The notes under the pieces: generated by a model
What the model was told of the DNA's origin: nothing
The model's database searches: none
What the model saw: the letters and a program-made list of their open reading frames with translations, nothing else
Assembly: GCF_018336915.1 (NCBI RefSeq)
Contig: NZ_CP064923.1
Span: 5,160,001 to 5,192,000 of the forward strand
Length of the DNA: 32,000 nt
Source: Acaryochloris marina S15
GTDB taxonomy: Bacteria; Cyanobacteriota; Cyanobacteriia; Thermosynechococcales; Thermosynechococcaceae
Reading direction: 5' to 3'
Part shown: piece after piece, positions 29,384 through 32,000 of the stretch
How positions within the stretch are numbered: position 1 is the first letter of the stretch
Layout of the letters: each line of letters begins with the position of its first letter
Translations under genes and position numbers: made by a program

Positions 29384-29959
29384 GTGACCATTCACCTACA
29401 TTGTGATAGTTCAGATACCTGGCTGCAAACGGTGCTGGCAGACTTTGATACCTTCCTGCTCGATCATGCCGCCAACGAGAAAAAAGCCTCTGGGGTCGCT
29501 CTCAACCTTGCCGCCCACTGCCCCGACAAGCCAGACTTAGTTGCAGCCATGATTGACTTAGCCATTGAAGAGTTAAGCCATTATCGTGATGTTTTTAAAT
29601 TAATCCGAGAGCGCCGCTTAACCATTCCTGCCGATGCCAAAGACCCCTATGTCAATCAACTGCGAGGTCTAATTCGCAAAGGCTCCGAAAATTACTTTCT
29701 CGATCGGCTCTTGGTTGCCGGGATTATCGAGGCCCGTGGACTGGAGCGTTTCACCAAAATTGCCCTGGCTTTACCCCATGGTTCTTTACAAGGCTTCTAT
29801 CAAGCGATTGCCCATTCGGAAGCTAGACATGCCAATCTATTTCTCAACCTAGCCAAACAATATTGTCCGAGCACAGCCCTACACTCTCGCCTGGATGAGC
29901 TATTAGCGACTGAAGCTAAAATTCTGAACCAATTACCTGATCGAGCCATGCTGCATTAG
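29384..29959 (+). CDS. miaE: tRNA-(ms2io6A37)-hydroxylase MiaE (non-heme diiron), 191 aa
   Basis: The ferritin-like diiron motifs follow the order I remember for MiaE: LDHAANEKKA, EELSHY, IEARGLERF, SEARHANLF. GTG start with an AGAGGAAG RBS 8 nt upstream. Confidence 0.85.
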   Translation: MTIHLHCDSSDTWLQTVLADFDTFLLDHAANEKKASGVALNLAAHCPDKPDLVAAMIDLAIEELSHYRDVFKLIRERRLTIPADAKDPYVNQLRGLIRKGSENYFLDRLLVAGIIEARGLERFTKIALALPHGSLQGFYQAIAHSEARHANLFLNLAKQYCPSTALHSRLDELLATEAKILNQLPDRAMLH

Positions 29960-30065
29960 GAGTCAATGTAGTGGCGACCCTGCACTCCATGATCACTTGT
30001 GATGGCGAAAGCAGACACGGTATCGTGCGGTGGTCTATGATCCTAATCTTCGCTGCTGCCCTCTC

Positions 30066-31436
30066 ATGATCTCTAAGGCAATCAGTCGTTATTTAGACCG
30101 CTATGCCGAACCTATTGTCAGCATTATTCAAGATGAGTGGCTATCCACCCTCGACAAAACCTATCAATTTGTCCTCGTCCTTCCCCTCTTTGATGAAGCC
30201 CTCAATTGTCTAGAGAGCATCTTGCCCCAAGACACTCACAACACCCTGGTTATTGCGGTGGTGAATGCTGCAGTGGATGCAGATATAGCTGCGATTCAAC
30301 GGACCCAGGCATTCCTAGCCCAATTTTATCCTCACCCCCAGCTCCCCTTTACATCTGTGGATCAACCCTCGGGGAATACCCTGCTGCTGGTAGATTACTG
30401 CACTCCCCCTCGACAACTTCCTCACAAACAGGGGGTAGGGCTAGCCCGCAAAATTGGGGGTGACATTGCTCTAGCCTGTATTGCAGCCAAGACCATCAAA
30501 ACACCTTGGATTTACTGTAGCGATGGGGATGTGCAGCTACCGGAAGATTACTTTGACACGCCCAACTTTGGCCCGGATGTGGCTGCCGCCATTTATCCAT
30601 TCAGGCACCACCCCCACCATTCAGATATTCTGCAATATGAAATTTCGCTCCGCTATTACGTTTTAGGATTAGCCCAGGCCGGTTCGCCCTATGCTTTTCA
30701 CACTATTGGTAGTTTGCTGAAAATCAATGCTGAGCACTATGCCAAAGTCCGAGGTTTTCCCAAACGTCAGGCGGCGGAAGACTTCTACATGCTCAACAAG
30801 CTGGCTAAAACAGGTCAGGTCATTCGATTAAAACAACCTACTGTAACCCTGTCTTCCCGGTCATCCCATCGAGTCCCCTTTGGCACGGGAGCAGCCATGG
30901 TTAAACTGTCCCAGAAACCAGGCCTTTACTTATACCATCCCCAAATTTTTAGAGAATTGCAGGGTTGGCTAGAGCTGGATCAATGCTTATGGCAAGAGCT
31001 GCGACCCCATACACTACCTGACGCAAAGATGCATTTACAAGCATGGTGGGAACAAAAAAACCTAAAGCCGTCTTTATTAGAGACCTTGCTACACCTCAAA
31101 GTTGATCAAGCCCTCCAGCAAGCCTTCCAGCAGTGTCAAGATTTTCCTCATTTTCAGTTTTACCTGAGGGTTTGGTTTGATGCCTTTCGAACCCTCAAAT
31201 TTTTGCATTATCAAAGAGATCACTATTGGCCATCTCTACCGCTTCCAGAAGCGATCACTTTGCTCAGGCATTCCAATCCACTCAATCTATCTCAGAGTAA
31301 ATCGCATCAATCTACTGAAAATAGGCCAAATCTGCTGCTGTCTTCTCCAAAAATTCTCGATATTATGCAAGACTTATGCACGCTAGAGTTGCAACTACCC
31401 ACTCATGTAGGTCCTACTCAAAGTCTCAATCCATAG
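30066..31436 (+). CDS. GT-A-fold-like (family-2-like) glycosyltransferase with an unassigned roughly 200-aa C-terminal helical region, 456 aa from ATG 30066
   Basis: N-terminal beta1-type FVLVLPLFDEALNCLESIL and a DxD-like CSDGDVQLPEDYF (GAT GGG GAT at 30522-30530). Conserved-looking segments are FPKRQAAEDFYMLNKLAKTG and SSRSSHRVPFGTGAAM. The ORF-track GTG at 30030 is an alternative start. Confidence 0.5.
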   Translation: MISKAISRYLDRYAEPIVSIIQDEWLSTLDKTYQFVLVLPLFDEALNCLESILPQDTHNTLVIAVVNAAVDADIAAIQRTQAFLAQFYPHPQLPFTSVDQPSGNTLLLVDYCTPPRQLPHKQGVGLARKIGGDIALACIAAKTIKTPWIYCSDGDVQLPEDYFDTPNFGPDVAAAIYPFRHHPHHSDILQYEISLRYYVLGLAQAGSPYAFHTIGSLLKINAEHYAKVRGFPKRQAAEDFYMLNKLAKTGQVIRLKQPTVTLSSRSSHRVPFGTGAAMVKLSQKPGLYLYHPQIFRELQGWLELDQCLWQELRPHTLPDAKMHLQAWWEQKNLKPSLLETLLHLKVDQALQQAFQQCQDFPHFQFYLRVWFDAFRTLKFLHYQRDHYWPSLPLPEAITLLRHSNPLNLSQSKSHQSTENRPNLLLSSPKILDIMQDLCTLELQLPTHVGPTQSLNP

Positions 31437-31753
31437 TGAGAACAATACCTATATCAGCCCACTCATTTCAACAACGTTTTCAATAGACGTTGATAGGATA
31501 AATCGGAATCTATAGAGACCTTACAAATCAGGGTGATATGACTGCCAACCTAGTGGTCCCTCAGGTACGCACAAATCGGTAAAACTTTAGCAATACCAAT
31601 CCAGGCTACCGCCTGACCTATATCTGAAAGACTTTGTCCAGTGAGTTGTTGGAAGTGTGGCAATAGAAATGATTCGAGGACGGGAATTAATCGCTCACTA
31701 AGGCAATACGTGCAAGTGATATATCTGTATAAATCTTAAGGGGGTTCGCAATA

Positions 31754-32000
31754 ATGAAAGATCAGGAATATACACTTAGCATTCTCAAGATGGTTATCAT
31801 CAATGATTTAGAGAACCATCACATAGAAACCAGACAAGATTTAGAACGACTTGAATCCAAGCGAGATCAGTTGGTTTGGGAGATAGCCACTAAAATCTAT
31901 ACCTACAGTGGCCATAAAGTTGAGCTATCTACGGTTCGTGACTTGGTTACGATTCATCTGAAACAGAAAAGACGCCAAGTTTCTGCAGCCCAACATCTGG
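31754..32000 (+). CDS. Hypothetical protein, N-terminal 82 codons only (runs off the window)
   Basis: ATG at 31754 preceded by TAAGGGGG. The frame stays open to the window end (MKDQEYTLSILKMVIINDLENHHIETRQDLERLESKRDQLVWEIA...). I recognise no family. Confidence 0.4.
   Translation, partial: MKDQEYTLSILKMVIINDLENHHIETRQDLERLESKRDQLVWEIATKIYTYSGHKVELSTVRDLVTIHLKQKRRQVSAAQHL

Noticed and set aside
31550-31727. A minus-strand open frame with an HTH-like segment, considered as a small regulator or antitoxin gene.
   Set aside because: It has no ATG, only an internal TTG that would give 37 aa, and no RBS. I treat it as a possible remnant rather than a gene.

Overview
This is a cyanobacterial chromosomal window. 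I counted 12 perfect copies of the HIP1 palindrome GCGATCGC, and the gene content is typical of the phylum. I can support 24 protein-coding genes, two of them truncated by the window edges.

Gene content in order:
- the photosystem I core operon psaA-psaB with a strong intrinsic terminator
- a DM13 lipoprotein plus a SemiSWEET-like 3-TM protein
- an XPB/Ssl2-like SF2 helicase
- a TerB-like/Mo-nitro_C protein
- glutathione-dependent formaldehyde dehydrogenase
- the TldD/PmbA pair
- a PilB ATPase followed by a GT4 glycosyltransferase
- ribosomal protein L25/Ctc
- a second GT4
- a trio of membrane hypothetical, FHA protein and MurG/PseG-like GT-B protein
- an RND efflux adaptor plus pump
- a class-A flavin monooxygenase
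- an HD-hydrolase/MiaE/GT-A-like cassette

I found no rRNA, tRNA, CRISPR array, transposase, integrase, toxin-antitoxin pair or recognisable defence system.

The most distinctive sequence-level signal is that PsaA/PsaB are not canonical Chl a-type. PsaB carries Leu where the A0 axial Met normally sits, and both subunits have Gly->Asp at equivalent positions. From memory this fits an Acaryochloris-like (chlorophyll d) organism, so it is known biology if that assignment holds.

I could not identify a convincing, clearly novel multi-gene system. The best candidates for a second look are the HD/MiaE/GT-A-like cassette, the membrane protein/FHA/GT-B trio with a TAATG overlap, and the pilB-GT4 unit with an extra C-terminal zinc-ribbon-like motif on PilB. 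All functional calls rest on motif recognition by eye; no database search was possible.
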